In this document: piece by piece, positions 38,504-48,659 of the stretch | How positions within the stretch are numbered: the first letter of the stretch is position 1 | How the letters are laid out: every line of letters begins with the position of its first letter | The notes under the pieces: generated by a model | Told to the model about the DNA's origin: nothing | Seen by the model: the letters and a program-made list of their open reading frames with translations, nothing else | Database searches by the model: none | Assembly: GCA_964541075.1 (NCBI GenBank) | Contig: CAZIPZ010000001.1 | Coordinates: forward strand, 4,425-68,424 | Source: an uncultured Solibacteraceae bacterium | GTDB taxonomy: Bacteria; Acidobacteriota; Terriglobia; 20CM-2-55-15 | Length of the DNA: 64,000 nt | Direction: 5' to 3' | Made by a program: the position numbers and the translations under genes

Positions 38504-38806
38504 ATGGCTCCAACACATCACTATTTGCTACTCGGTGCAGCTTTGTTCACCATCGGCGTCATCGGTGTATTGACCCGTAGAAACATCATGATCATCTTGA
38601 TGTCCATTGAATTGATGATGAACGCCGTGAACATTAACCTGATCGCTTTCTCCGGTCACCTGCAACAAGTTGGCGGCCAGGTTTTCGCGATTTTCGTTAT
38701 TACGGTCGCGGCGGCTGAGGCCGCGGTCGGCCTCGGGATTGTGATTGCGATGTTTAAGAACAAAGAAACGATGAACATCAACGAAATCGACCTGATGAAG
38801 TGGTAA
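38504..38806 (+). CDS. nuoK: NADH-quinone oxidoreductase subunit K
   Basis: 100 aa with three TM helices. [23 protein letters not shown]. Confidence 0.93.
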   Translation: MAPTHHYLLLGAALFTIGVIGVLTRRNIMIILMSIELMMNAVNINLIAFSGHLQQVGGQVFAIFVITVAAAEAAVGLGIVIAMFKNKETMNINEIDLMKW

Positions 38807-38813
38807 GCAGGAC

Positions 38814-40952
38814 ATGGATTTTCTAAATCTAATTTGGCTCATTCCGCTTTTTCCGGCCATCGGATTCACAATTAATGGGCTCTTTGGAAAAAGGCTTCCA
38901 AAGACTGCTGTGGCCGTTGTGGCCGCCGGTGCGGTTCTCGTCTCCTTTATTTTCGCGGCTGGTGCGGTCTATCAGTTGGCGCAGCACGGCCCGGAAGAAC
39001 GGTCGCATACCGTAAAGGTGTACCAGTGGATTGATGCCGGTCCGGCCCGAATCGCGAATGGGGAAGTGGCGCGTTTCATCGCAGACTGGGGCTTCCTGCT
39101 CGATCCGCTTTCCTCGGTCATGGTCCTGGTTGTCACTGGCATTGGATTTCTGATTCACGTGTATTCAATCGGATACATGTACGAAGAGGATGGATTCTAC
39201 CGATTCTTCGCTTACCTCAACCTGTTCATGTTTTCGATGCTCACACTCATTCTCGGGAACAACTACCTGATGATGTTCGTGGGTTGGGAAGGTGTCGGTC
39301 TGTGTTCATATCTTCTGATCGGATACTACTTCCTCAAGAAGAGCGCGGGCGATGCGGCGAAAAAAGCTTTTGTGGTGAACCGCGTGGGAGACTGGGGTTT
39401 TTCCATCGGAATCATGCTGATCTTCGCGACCTTCGGGACAATTGAATTCACGCAGGTGGGCGAAGCGGTGCGCGAGGGTGCAGCCGCAGGACACTTCCGC
39501 GTGAGCGACCCGTTGTTTATTGGAATCGCCCTGGCCTTGTTCGTTGGAGCGACGGGAAAATCGGCCCAAATTCCCCTATATGTCTGGTTGCCCGACGCGA
39601 TGGAAGGTCCGACGCCTGTCAGCGCTCTGATCCACGCCGCCACAATGGTGACCGCGGGCGTTTACATGGTTTCGCGAAGCAATTTCATCTTTCAAATGGC
39701 GCCGGAAGCCCTAGCTGTCGTCGCAGTCATCGGAGCTCTCACAGCCCTTTTCGCGGCGTCGATCGGGCTGGTGCAAAACGACATCAAGCGTGTGCTCGCA
39801 TATTCAACCGTCAGCCAGCTCGGCTATATGTTTTTAGCTCTAGGCGTCGGCGCCTTCGCCGCCGGCGTCTTTCATTTGATGACGCACGCGTTTTTCAAAG
39901 CTCTGTTGTTCTTGGGATCAGGGAGTGTGATTCACGCATTGCATCATGAGCAGGACATGCGAAACATGGGCGGTCTCAGGAGCAAGATTCCGATTACTTT
40001 CGCCACCATGGCTATCGGCACAATCGCCATCGCCGGCGCCCCTCCCCTGGCCGGATTTTTTTCGAAGGATGAAATCCTTTGGCGAGCTTTTTCCAGCGAG
40101 CACGGACATATCGTGTTGTGGGCTCTTGGCGTGATTGTGGCAGGCATGACGTCGTTCTACATGTTCCGTCTGTTGTTCATGACGTTCTTCGGCGAATACC
40201 GCGGCGGTCAGGCGCATCATCATGATGACCATACGGTTCAGCACGCGTCGCACGACGCCCACAATAAAGCGGGGGCGCATCACGGCGAACACCACGGAGC
40301 GCATGCGATCCACGAATCTCCTGCCGTCATGACATTTCCTTTGATAGCGCTGGCCGTAGGATCGGTTGTGGCGGGCTGGATCGGGCTCCCCGCCTGGCTC
40401 AGCTCAACGAACGTGTTTGAACATTGGCTTGAGCCGGTCTTTGAACCTGTCGTTCCAGTCACGGCTGAAGCCCATCACTATAGCCATGCTTTCGAAATGG
40501 GCCTGGCTGGCTTTTCCGTGCTGGTTGCATTTATCGGCTTTTTCCTGGCCTATACGACGTATTACAAGAAAAGCGACCGCGCCGAGCGTGTTTCGGCTCA
40601 ATTCAAGGGTCTCTATCAGGCGTTGCTGAATAAATGGTACATCGACGAACTCTATGACGCGTTGTTTGTAAATCGCTCCAAAGACGCCGGAAGGACGCTA
40701 TGGAGGTTTGATGCTAAGGTTGTTGACGGCGCGGTTAACGGTTCGGCCTGGGCGACTCTAAGGAGCGCCGTTGGGTCCAATTGGTGGGATCGTTGGATCG
40801 TTGATGGACTTGTCCGATTTATCGGCGGCTTTATCAAAACCTTAAGCTGGCCTGTTCGCCTCATTCAAACCGGCTATGTGCAGAATTATGCGCTGGTGAT
40901 GATTCTGGGCGTTCTGGTTTTCATTGGTTACGTTCTGTGGGGAACTCCATAG
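38814..40952 (+). CDS. nuoL: NADH-quinone oxidoreductase subunit L
   Basis: 712 aa antiporter-like subunit with the NuoL C-terminal extension. WEGVGLCSYLLIGYY motif. Confidence 0.93.
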   Translation: MDFLNLIWLIPLFPAIGFTINGLFGKRLPKTAVAVVAAGAVLVSFIFAAGAVYQLAQHGPEERSHTVKVYQWIDAGPARIANGEVARFIADWGFLLDPLSSVMVLVVTGIGFLIHVYSIGYMYEEDGFYRFFAYLNLFMFSMLTLILGNNYLMMFVGWEGVGLCSYLLIGYYFLKKSAGDAAKKAFVVNRVGDWGFSIGIMLIFATFGTIEFTQVGEAVREGAAAGHFRVSDPLFIGIALALFVGATGKSAQIPLYVWLPDAMEGPTPVSALIHAATMVTAGVYMVSRSNFIFQMAPEALAVVAVIGALTALFAASIGLVQNDIKRVLAYSTVSQLGYMFLALGVGAFAAGVFHLMTHAFFKALLFLGSGSVIHALHHEQDMRNMGGLRSKIPITFATMAIGTIAIAGAPPLAGFFSKDEILWRAFSSEHGHIVLWALGVIVAGMTSFYMFRLLFMTFFGEYRGGQAHHHDDHTVQHASHDAHNKAGAHHGEHHGAHAIHESPAVMTFPLIALAVGSVVAGWIGLPAWLSSTNVFEHWLEPVFEPVVPVTAEAHHYSHAFEMGLAGFSVLVAFIGFFLAYTTYYKKSDRAERVSAQFKGLYQALLNKWYIDELYDALFVNRSKDAGRTLWRFDAKVVDGAVNGSAWATLRSAVGSNWWDRWIVDGLVRFIGGFIKTLSWPVRLIQTGYVQNYALVMILGVLVFIGYVLWGTP

Positions 40953-41032
40953 GAGATTTCGAAGTTTGAACTTTTCCACTGCGAATCGACGGACCGAGCT
41001 GCGATTCGTGTGATTTGACTGGAGCCTGAAAA

Positions 41033-42619
41033 ATGGACTTTTTCCGTCAACATATCCTGAGCATTGTCGCCTTCTGGCCGCTGGCCGGGATGATCGTTCT
41101 CCTTTTTTTGAACAAGGAGAACAAGCATCTGATTCGCCTATGGTCGAATATCGTCATCTTCAGCGGTTTCGTCGTGTCACTGCCTCTTTGGTTCTGGTTT
41201 GACTTCGAGAAATCCGATGAAATGCAATTTGTAGATCGATTCCAGTGGATCCAGACACTCGGCGCCCAGTATCACGTAGGCATCGATGGCGTTTCGCTGT
41301 TGCTGATCATGCTCACAACAGTGCTCGGACCACTTGCAATGCTTTCCTCATGGAGTGCAATCGAAATTCGCCTGAAGGAATACTACGCATTTCTGCTGAT
41401 GCTTCAGACCGGCATGATCGGCGTCTTCATGTCGCTGGACTTCTTCCTTTTTTACGTGTTCTGGGAAGTCATGCTCGTGCCGATGTACTTTCTCATTGGT
41501 GTTTGGGGCGGACCGCGGAAGCTCTATGCAGCGATCAAATTTTTTCTCTACACCTTGGTGGGGTCGGTTCTCCTGCTATTGGGCATCCTGGCGCTGTATT
41601 TCATATATCCATCGATCGCGTCTGAACATCCTGAAGTTGCTCAGCAGTTCGGCCCAGGGAACACATTCAATGTTTTGGCATTTCATGCCATCGGCTCCTA
41701 CCTGCCTTTCGACTTCCAATATTGGGTTTTCCTGGCATTTTTTGTGGGTTTTGCCATCAAGGTGCCGATGTTTCCATTCCATACCTGGTTGCCGGATGCA
41801 CACGTGGAAGCGCCCACAGCGGGTTCAGTCATTCTGGCCGGCGTTCTCTTGAAAATGGGAACATACGGCTTCATACGCTTCAGCCTTCCCATATTGCCGG
41901 AAGGGACGAAATACTTTGTCCCGCTAATGATCACGCTTGCCGTAATCTCGATCATCTATGGCGCGCTGGTTGCCATGATGCAGCCGGACATGAAGAAATT
42001 GGTGGCGTATTCCTCTGTTAGCCACATGGGTTTCGTGATGCTCGGTATGTTCGCATTGAATCCGAACGGACTGAACGGCAGCATCATCCAGCAGATCAAT
42101 CACGGAGTGTCGACCGGCGCTCTCTTTTTGATCGTCGGAATTATCTACGAGCGACGGCACACTCGTGAAATATCCCAGTTCGGCGGCCTATCCAGCGTGA
42201 TGCCGATTTATGCGATCGTATTCCTCATCATGACGATGTCTTCAATAGGCTTGCCGCTTCTGAATGGGTTTATCGGCGAGTTTGCGATCATGATGGGCGC
42301 GCTGCAGGAGAATCTGTGGTGGGCGGTCGCTGGTGGTTCGGGAATTGTTCTCGGCGCCGCGTACATGTTGTGGCTCTATCAGCGCACGATGTTTGGAAAG
42401 ATTGAGAATCCGGCGAATGAAAAACTGCTGGACATGAACCTTCGGGAACTGGTGACCCTGGTCCCGCTGATCATTCTGGCGTTTTGGATCGGCCTTTATC
42501 CAGCGCCTTTCTTCAAAGCGCTCGATAAGCCCGTGAACAAGATCGTCCAAAAAATCCGCCCTGACTTCTTCCAGCCCGCACCTCCACTGAACGCTCAGGT
42601 TGAGGGAGAAAAGCGCTAA
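41033..42619 (+). CDS. nuoM: NADH-quinone oxidoreductase subunit M
   Basis: 528 aa antiporter-like subunit. FHTWLPDAHVEAPTAGSVILAGVLLKMG. Confidence 0.93.
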   Translation: MDFFRQHILSIVAFWPLAGMIVLLFLNKENKHLIRLWSNIVIFSGFVVSLPLWFWFDFEKSDEMQFVDRFQWIQTLGAQYHVGIDGVSLLLIMLTTVLGPLAMLSSWSAIEIRLKEYYAFLLMLQTGMIGVFMSLDFFLFYVFWEVMLVPMYFLIGVWGGPRKLYAAIKFFLYTLVGSVLLLLGILALYFIYPSIASEHPEVAQQFGPGNTFNVLAFHAIGSYLPFDFQYWVFLAFFVGFAIKVPMFPFHTWLPDAHVEAPTAGSVILAGVLLKMGTYGFIRFSLPILPEGTKYFVPLMITLAVISIIYGALVAMMQPDMKKLVAYSSVSHMGFVMLGMFALNPNGLNGSIIQQINHGVSTGALFLIVGIIYERRHTREISQFGGLSSVMPIYAIVFLIMTMSSIGLPLLNGFIGEFAIMMGALQENLWWAVAGGSGIVLGAAYMLWLYQRTMFGKIENPANEKLLDMNLRELVTLVPLIILAFWIGLYPAPFFKALDKPVNKIVQKIRPDFFQPAPPLNAQVEGEKR

Positions 42620-44061
42620 TGGAGCAGTTTTTTCAGATTCAGGACCTGGGAGCGATCGCGCCCGAATTGGAATTAGCTCTGTTTGGGATGATCCTGCTTG
42701 TGGCGGATCTGCTCATCGCAGAGAAGCGCAAGCTGGGAATCATAGCGCTTGTCGGCCTTGGATGTTCAGGGCTGTTTCTTTATCGACTAAACGGCGTCTC
42801 GGTTTCTGCATACGGTGGAATGCTTGTCGTTGACCCCTTTGCAGCCTTCTTCAAACTGATTTTTTTGATTGCGGCAGCCCTCACCATTGCGATTTCCCTG
42901 AAGTACCTGGACATCGAACGCGAACACCACGGGGAGTACTACGCACTGATGCTCTTTGCCACCATGGGAATGATGTTTATGGCGGGAGCGATGGATCTGG
43001 TCACGCTGTATATCGGTCTCGAGACGATGGCCATTTCCACCTATGTTCTAGTTGGATTTCTGCGGAGCAATCAACGCTCGAACGAAGCATCGTTAAAGTA
43101 CTTCCTGCTGGGTGCGTTTTCTTCCGGAATTCTTCTATACGGCATGTCTCTGCTCTACGGCATTTCGGGCTCAACCAAATTTGTGGATATTGCGGAGGCG
43201 CTTTCGCAGAGATCACTGAGCGACCCCATTTCCTTGCTGGCGATGATGACGCTTGCGGCAGGTATGTTCTTCAAGATTGCCGCCGTTCCGTTCCACCAAT
43301 GGACCCCGGATGCGTATGAAGGAGCTCCGACGTCGATTACGGCATACATGTCGGTGGCCGTGAAAGCAGCGTCGTTTGCGATGATGCTTCGAGTCTTCAT
43401 GATTGCCATCTATCCGCTGCGCCCGCATTGGGTTCCAATCATGACCGCGGTGTGCGTTATGACGATGACTGTGGGCAACATCGCGGCGATAACGCAATCC
43501 AATGTGAAACGGCTGCTGGCTTATTCCTCAGTTTCGCACGCGGGTTACATTCTGATCGGATTTATAGCTGGTAACGAAACTGGATTGCTCGCTGTTCCGA
43601 TGTATCTTCTGGTGTACACATTCACGAACATTGGAGTGTGGGCGATTATCGTCGGATTGCGAAGAAAGGACATCATCGGCGAGCATATCGACGATATGAG
43701 CGGCCTGTTCTTCCGTCATCCTGTGGCCGCCGTGCTGATGCTGATCTTCCTCTTGTCGCTCGCAGGCATTCCTCCGACGGCGGGTTTCATCGCAAAGTAC
43801 TTCTTGTTCGCGGCCGCTATTGAGACTGGGCATAATCTCCTTGCGGTAGCCGCTGTTTTGAACGCTGCGATTTCTATCTACTTTTACCTGCGCATTGTGG
43901 TCGCGATGTTTATGCGAGATGCAACGGAGAAGACGGGCCTGACGTACTCACCGGGCCTTTTGACCGCCCTTACCATCGCGATCATTTTCACGATGTTCAT
44001 CGGTATTTATCCGGATCCATTCATTAGCCTGGCGCGGGAAGCCGTGGTCCTCGGATTCTAG
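42619..44061 (+). CDS. nuoN: NADH-quinone oxidoreductase subunit N
   Basis: 480 aa. FHQWTPDAYEGAPTSITAYMSV. Start overlaps the nuoM stop. Confidence 0.93.
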   Translation: MEQFFQIQDLGAIAPELELALFGMILLVADLLIAEKRKLGIIALVGLGCSGLFLYRLNGVSVSAYGGMLVVDPFAAFFKLIFLIAAALTIAISLKYLDIEREHHGEYYALMLFATMGMMFMAGAMDLVTLYIGLETMAISTYVLVGFLRSNQRSNEASLKYFLLGAFSSGILLYGMSLLYGISGSTKFVDIAEALSQRSLSDPISLLAMMTLAAGMFFKIAAVPFHQWTPDAYEGAPTSITAYMSVAVKAASFAMMLRVFMIAIYPLRPHWVPIMTAVCVMTMTVGNIAAITQSNVKRLLAYSSVSHAGYILIGFIAGNETGLLAVPMYLLVYTFTNIGVWAIIVGLRRKDIIGEHIDDMSGLFFRHPVAAVLMLIFLLSLAGIPPTAGFIAKYFLFAAAIETGHNLLAVAAVLNAAISIYFYLRIVVAMFMRDATEKTGLTYSPGLLTALTIAIIFTMFIGIYPDPFISLAREAVVLGF

Positions 44062-44220
44062 TAGCGAGGCTTACCTCTCCTGGCACGTCGGGAACCAGCA
44101 CATTCTGGCTTCCCGCGGCTCTCAGCAAGACAAGCGCGGGGTAAGGACAAGACTTCAGCTACCGCTCATGGATAAGGTCTTACTTTCGAGGTATTAGGGA
44201 CGGGGACAGAGGCGAGGAAG

Positions 44221-44249
44221 GGGGCGGCCCGCCCGCGGCCGCCACCCCG
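44221..44249. terminator. GC-rich hairpin GGGGGCGGCC-CGCCCGC-GGCCGCCACCCC between convergent nuoN and the lipoprotein gene
   Basis: Read from the sequence. Immediately 3' of the lipoprotein TAG stop on the minus strand. A T-rich stretch follows on the plus strand. Confidence 0.35.
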
Positions 44250-44252
44250 GAC

Positions 44253-44858
44253 CTAAGTCGTGGCCTTCTTGATTTCGGAAAGCCTGATTGCGTTAACCTT
44301 CTTGTTGCCGACCTTAAACTGAACGAAACGGATGCCGCGGTTATCGTAAACGTACTCTGTTGCATTATCTTCCGCATTTTCTTCCGTTGATTGTTCCGGT
44401 CCCAGAATCTCGCGCATGTAATTCAAATCACCACTGCTAAGAAGCTTTTTGAGTTTTTCGTCAGTGACTTTCTTTGCGAAGTTTTCGTTGACCTCGATCT
44501 TCCGGACCTTACCGGTGTTCTTGAAGGTGTATACAAAAATACCGTTGTCCTGATAGACGGTCAGATAGTCTTCCAGCAATGTGCGGGTATTTTCCACGCT
44601 GCCCAGATTCTTTTCCACATTCCGAGTAACATCGCCCAGTTTCACTCCAAGGACACCGATGTTGCGGCTCGTCCAGTCCGGATGACTTGTAATATCATCC
44701 TTGGTTAACTCATAGATTGTTGGCGGTGGCTCCGCCGGCTTTGGAGGTTCGGCCGGTTCAGCCTCCTTTTCAGCCTGTTGGGGTTCGGGACTGCCGCATC
44801 CGGCTAAGGCCAAGATCACGATGCTTAGTAGAGCCAGCAACGTTACCCTGTTGAACAT
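44253..44858 (-). CDS. Lipoprotein of unknown function (201 aa)
   Basis: Internal ATG (MFNRVTLLALLSIVILALAGCGS) has an AGGAGG 6 nt upstream, so the track's upstream extension to 45320 is rejected. Lipobox LAGC. Pro/Glu/Ala-rich linker, then a globular domain. Confidence 0.7.
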   Translation of the reverse strand: MFNRVTLLALLSIVILALAGCGSPEPQQAEKEAEPAEPPKPAEPPPTIYELTKDDITSHPDWTSRNIGVLGVKLGDVTRNVEKNLGSVENTRTLLEDYLTVYQDNGIFVYTFKNTGKVRKIEVNENFAKKVTDEKLKKLLSSGDLNYMREILGPEQSTEENAEDNATEYVYDNRGIRFVQFKVGNKKVNAIRLSEIKKATT

Positions 44859-44957
44859 TGAGGTCCTCCTTAAAGATTCTTTTGAAGATAAGCTAAGGCA
44901 ATGGTGCAGTGAAGTCTGTCTTTTAACGGCGGAAATTATATACCAACGTAAACCTGC

Positions 44958-45212
44958 ATGAACAATAGAAAAGACGATCATCGCCGCTCGATGAGAGAAC
45001 TTGGAGGTCTGTTGAGCGCTGGGATGGTGTTTCCGGTTTCCATCGGAATCGGATATGCACTTGGATACTATCTCGACCGCTGGCTGGGGACGAAATTTTT
45101 CACCATCGTCTTCCTTTTGTTCGGCATTGCTGCTGGTTTCGTCAGTTTTTTTCGAACAATTGCCGCGTTTGACCGCACGCAGTCCAACGGACCTTCCAAG
45201 ACGAAAGAATGA
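44958..45212 (+). CDS. AtpZ/AtpI-family small membrane protein (F0F1-ATPase-associated)
   Basis: 84 aa with two TM helices, immediately upstream of atpI-atpB-atpE. Resembles the ATPase_gene1 family. Confidence 0.55.
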   Translation: MNNRKDDHRRSMRELGGLLSAGMVFPVSIGIGYALGYYLDRWLGTKFFTIVFLLFGIAAGFVSFFRTIAAFDRTQSNGPSKTKE

Positions 45213-45616
45213 CGACTGACTCCGACTTGATGTTTGATCGCCGTCTGGATCGCACGACGGCAGTGTTGATTCTTTCGATTTCGCTTGGAATTCTTTTCCT
45301 CCATTCTGGCCGGGGGGCATTGAGCTTTGCAGCCGGTGGAATATTGTCCTTTATCAATTTTCGGTGGCTGAAGGGGGCTGTGGATTTCGCTGTGCGTTCG
45401 GTAGGAGAAGAAGCGAGTGGAAAGCGTATCGCCTTCCGGTACGCGGCGAGGTACGTTTTGATCGGCCTCTGCCTGTATGTTACGCTTCGCTATTCGGTTC
45501 TGGACACCGTGTTTGTCCTTTCCGGACTGCTCGTTTATGTCGGCGCAATGCTCCTTGAGGCGATTTTAGAAATCAGCAAAACTCTCATTCGAGATCAACG
45601 GAATGGAAGAACATAG
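45209..45616 (+). CDS. atpI: ATP synthase protein I
   Basis: 135 aa with four TM helices. Positioned before the a subunit. Start overlaps the previous stop. Confidence 0.6.
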   Translation: MTTDSDLMFDRRLDRTTAVLILSISLGILFLHSGRGALSFAAGGILSFINFRWLKGAVDFAVRSVGEEASGKRIAFRYAARYVLIGLCLYVTLRYSVLDTVFVLSGLLVYVGAMLLEAILEISKTLIRDQRNGRT

Positions 45617-46334
45617 ACTTCTAATTGTCGAGTGGGTGAACCGCGTCCTTGGTCCGCCGATCACCTCACTTTTCGGAATCCATCCGGCTCCGGGACATGA
45701 CGTCATTCCGATGCAGGTCATTATGGCCACGATCGTCTTGATCATCATGTTTGTGTTCTTCGGGGTTCTCAAGACAAGATTGTCGGTGGAGAACCCGGGC
45801 AAGCTTCAACAGGCTATGGAAGTTGCCGTTGAATTCCTTGATACTCAACTGGACGAGAACATTGGACACGAGGGCCGCAAATACCTTGCGATGATCGGAA
45901 CCCTCGGTTTCTTCATCGTTTTTTCGAACCTCCTCGGATTGATTCCTGGGTTAGCTGCGCCCACGAGCAATATCAACGTACCTGCAGGTTGCGCGATTCT
46001 TGTCTTCCTCTATTACAACTTCCAGGGAATAAGGAAGCAGGGCGTCTTGCACTATCTCAAACACTTCGCCGGCCCAGTGTGGTGGCTGGCGCCGATCATG
46101 ATCCCGATTGAACTCATAAGTCACCTCGCCAGGCCGTTCTCCTTGACGGTGCGTCTTTACGCAAACATTTTTGCCGAGGAAGCGTTGATTGTGGCCTTCT
46201 TCGGACTGATTCCGCTGATACTGCCTCTTCCTTTTATGGGCTATGCGATCTTCGGCGGATTTCTGCAAGCATTCATATTCATAACACTCTCGCAAGTTTA
46301 TATTGCGGGCGCAGTAGCCACCGAAGAGCACTAA
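45603..46334 (+). CDS. atpB: F0F1 ATP synthase subunit a
   Basis: Conserved Arg region ARPFSLTVRLYANIFAEE. Confidence 0.92.
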   Translation: MEEHRLLIVEWVNRVLGPPITSLFGIHPAPGHDVIPMQVIMATIVLIIMFVFFGVLKTRLSVENPGKLQQAMEVAVEFLDTQLDENIGHEGRKYLAMIGTLGFFIVFSNLLGLIPGLAAPTSNINVPAGCAILVFLYYNFQGIRKQGVLHYLKHFAGPVWWLAPIMIPIELISHLARPFSLTVRLYANIFAEEALIVAFFGLIPLILPLPFMGYAIFGGFLQAFIFITLSQVYIAGAVATEEH

Positions 46335-46418
46335 AATCAGCCGTTTGTGTGAGGCCGGGCTGTAAGAGGGATGACCGGCAACCACCTCCAGGCGGCGCTT
46401 CATAGCAAGGAGAGTCCA

Positions 46419-46733
46419 ATGAGAAAACTGTTTACGGGTTTAATGTTGTCGTTCGCACTGCTCGCAATGGCTACACCGGTCCTGGCGCAAGCCGAAGGTG
46501 AGGCTTCAGCGGGCAATAATCAAATGTGGATTGCTATTACATCAGGTTTCGCGATGGCGATCGCATCGTCAATGTGCGGTCTTGCGCAGGGTAAAGCCAT
46601 TGCAGCCGCTTGTGAGAGTCTGGCCAGAAATCCCGGCGCGGCGCCGGCCATCCGATTCGCACTGCTTTTGGGTCTGGTGCTTATCGAATCATTGGCTCTT
46701 TACACGCTGTTTATCATTCTTGTGAAGTTCTAA
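46419..46733 (+). CDS. atpE: F0F1 ATP synthase subunit c with N-terminal signal-peptide-like extension
   Basis: AAGGAG RBS before ATG 46419. C-terminal hairpin of two TM helices with ion-binding Glu (LVLIESLALYTLF). About 35-aa presequence MRKLFTGLMLSFALLAMATPVLAQA. Confidence 0.85.
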   Translation: MRKLFTGLMLSFALLAMATPVLAQAEGEASAGNNQMWIAITSGFAMAIASSMCGLAQGKAIAAACESLARNPGAAPAIRFALLLGLVLIESLALYTLFIILVKF

Positions 46734-46743
46734 TTCTCGGGGC

Positions 46744-46773
46744 GGCGGCCGGATCAAAGTCTTTCCGGCTGCC
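46744..46773 (+). terminator. GC-rich hairpin downstream of atpE
   Basis: GGCGGCCGGA ... TCCGGCTGCC (one mismatch), 10 nt after the atpE stop. No clear U-tract. Confidence 0.3.
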
Positions 46774-46954
46774 ATTCCGTGTTCGCGAAACGAGATCAGA
46801 TACTGTCTCTTCTGCGTATTCCTAAAGAAGCATCTCTATCTTCCTCAGGTCATCACGATAGCCCTGTGCGCGGCTCTTGAACAGCGCTCGAATGGCGGCG
46901 GATGCGTTACCGACCTAATCCATTGGCGCGATCGTGCTAACATCCTTAGCTGTT

Positions 46955-47938
46955 ATGGTCATAGAAATACGTCTAAATGGGGAAACCCGGCAGATTCCAG
47001 AGCGGCTAAACATTGCACAATTGCTGGATCATTTTGACTTGCCTAAGGATCGCGTCGCTGTGGAGCGAAATCGGCGCATCATTCCCAAGCCTGACTGGGA
47101 TGCCGTTGCGCTCGGGCCCGGCGACGAAGTTGAGGTTGTTCACTTTGTTGGTGGGGGCTCCGGAGAGGATGATTCGTTCGTCATTGCGGGACGCACGTTC
47201 AAGTCACGGCTTCTCGTTGGAACGGGAAAGTATCCTAGCCATCAGGTGATGGCTGAAGCGCATCAGCGGTCCGGCACGGAAATGGTGACAGTGGCCGTGC
47301 GCAGAGTCGATCTCAGTGCGCCGAAGAATGAGTCATTGCTGGGATACATTGATCGCGAAAAGATCATGATCCTGCCCAATACCGCAGCCTGTTACACCAC
47401 AGACGAGGCAGTTCGAACGGCGAGATTGGGCCGGGAGGCGGGTCTTTCCAATTGGGTCAAGCTGGAAGTGATCGGCGATGAGAAGACATTGTTTCCGGAT
47501 ACGGCCTCGCTGATTGAAGCCACCAAGATTCTTGTCAAAGAAGGTTTCGTCGTCCTGCCCTATACGAACGACGACCTGATTGTTGCAAAGAGACTCATTG
47601 ATGCCGGCGCTTCGGCGATAATGCCGCTCGGCGCGCCCATTGGATCGGGCATGGGAATTCAGAATGTCCCTGCGATGCGAATTTTGCGGGAGATGATCAC
47701 TGAGGTGCCGCTCATCGTCGATGCAGGCGTCGGGACTGCTTCGGACGCAGCTATTGCGATGGAGCTAGGAGCCGATGGAGTTCTGATGAACACGGCTATA
47801 GCGGGCGCTAAAGATCCGGGCTCGATGGCCGAAGCCATGAAGCACGCGGTGCTTGCCGGCAGGTTGGCATATCGCGCCGGCCGGATTCAACGAAGGTTGT
47901 ACGCCACTGCTTCGTCTCCGCTGGAAGGCAAGGTCTAG
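46955..47938 (+). CDS. thiG: ThiS-ThiG fusion protein (sulfur-carrier domain fused to thiazole synthase)
   Basis: N-terminal ~66 aa ThiS-like domain ending in VVHFVGGG (GG terminus). Then ThiG TIM barrel ([11 protein letters not shown]...PIGSGMGI). ATG 46955 preferred. Confidence 0.85.
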   Translation: MVIEIRLNGETRQIPERLNIAQLLDHFDLPKDRVAVERNRRIIPKPDWDAVALGPGDEVEVVHFVGGGSGEDDSFVIAGRTFKSRLLVGTGKYPSHQVMAEAHQRSGTEMVTVAVRRVDLSAPKNESLLGYIDREKIMILPNTAACYTTDEAVRTARLGREAGLSNWVKLEVIGDEKTLFPDTASLIEATKILVKEGFVVLPYTNDDLIVAKRLIDAGASAIMPLGAPIGSGMGIQNVPAMRILREMITEVPLIVDAGVGTASDAAIAMELGADGVLMNTAIAGAKDPGSMAEAMKHAVLAGRLAYRAGRIQRRLYATASSPLEGKV

Positions 47939-47966
47939 GCTTTGGAAATCGACGCCTCAAGCCGCC

Positions 47967-48659
47967 TCATCGCACGCCGTTCCGCGTTTTCTCCATCCAC
48001 CCGCGAGTCATCGTAAGTGCGATTACGCGAGCGTCCAGTCTCAATGACCAATTGTCGATGTAATAGAAGTCATGACGGAGGCGCTCTTCAAGTGATGTGT
48101 AGCCTCGCCAGCCATGCACTTGTGCGTAACCAGTGAGACCTGGCCGGACGTCGTGTCTTCGAAGATAGCCACAGTGTTCTTTTCGGAACTCGCGCGTGAA
48201 TTCAGGACGTTCCGGACGAGGACCCACGAGACTCATGTCTCCTTGGACGACGTTCCACAGTTGCGGTAGCTCGTCCAGGCCGGTGCGTCGAAGGAAGGCG
48301 CCCACAGTAGTGCATCTTGGGTCATTTGGCACGGCCCAAATAGGCCCCAAGTCGCGTTCTGCTTCGTCATTCATAGTGCGGAATTTAATAATGGTAAAGT
48401 TGCGGCCGTCCAGACCTACCCGAATCTGCCTATAAAGGATCGGGCCCTTGCTCGAACTACGTACGACAACTGCGAGTACAGCAAATAATGGCGCGAGCGC
48501 AATCAGGGCTGACGCGGCTGCGGCAACGTCGAACCATCGCTTCAGCAAACCCGAAAGTCCGTAAACGGATTTATGCGGGCTGCAGTGCGGAGTTGACCTT
48601 CTCGTCGCCTCTGGTCTGCGCTTCGACAAACTTCTTAATTCGGTTTTCAAATGCTTCAC
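47967..48659 (-). CDS. Undecaprenyl-phosphate sugar phosphotransferase (bacterial sugar transferase, WbaP/WcaJ C-terminal-domain type)
   Basis: [29 protein letters not shown]...[13 protein letters not shown]...FTIIKFRTM...[22 protein letters not shown]. The track start overlaps the GT4 gene by 89 bp. An in-frame TTG at 48548 would remove the overlap. Confidence 0.85.
   Translation of the reverse strand: MKHLKTELRSLSKRRPEATRRSTPHCSPHKSVYGLSGLLKRWFDVAAAASALIALAPLFAVLAVVVRSSSKGPILYRQIRVGLDGRNFTIIKFRTMNDEAERDLGPIWAVPNDPRCTTVGAFLRRTGLDELPQLWNVVQGDMSLVGPRPERPEFTREFRKEHCGYLRRHDVRPGLTGYAQVHGWRGYTSLEERLRHDFYYIDNWSLRLDARVIALTMTRGWMEKTRNGVR

Noticed and set aside
44859-45320. Upstream extension of the minus-strand lipoprotein ORF to 45320 (355 aa)
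   Set aside because: The internal ATG at 44858 has a perfect AGGAGG RBS and is followed by a signal peptide and lipobox. The upstream 154 aa are Ser/Arg-rich nonsense and overlap the atpZ/atpI region on the other strand.
46734-46954. TPP (THI-box) riboswitch upstream of thiS-thiG
   Set aside because: I looked for the conserved CTGAGA and ACCTGATCTGGATAATGCCAGCGTAGGGA elements and did not find them. Only generic hairpins are present.
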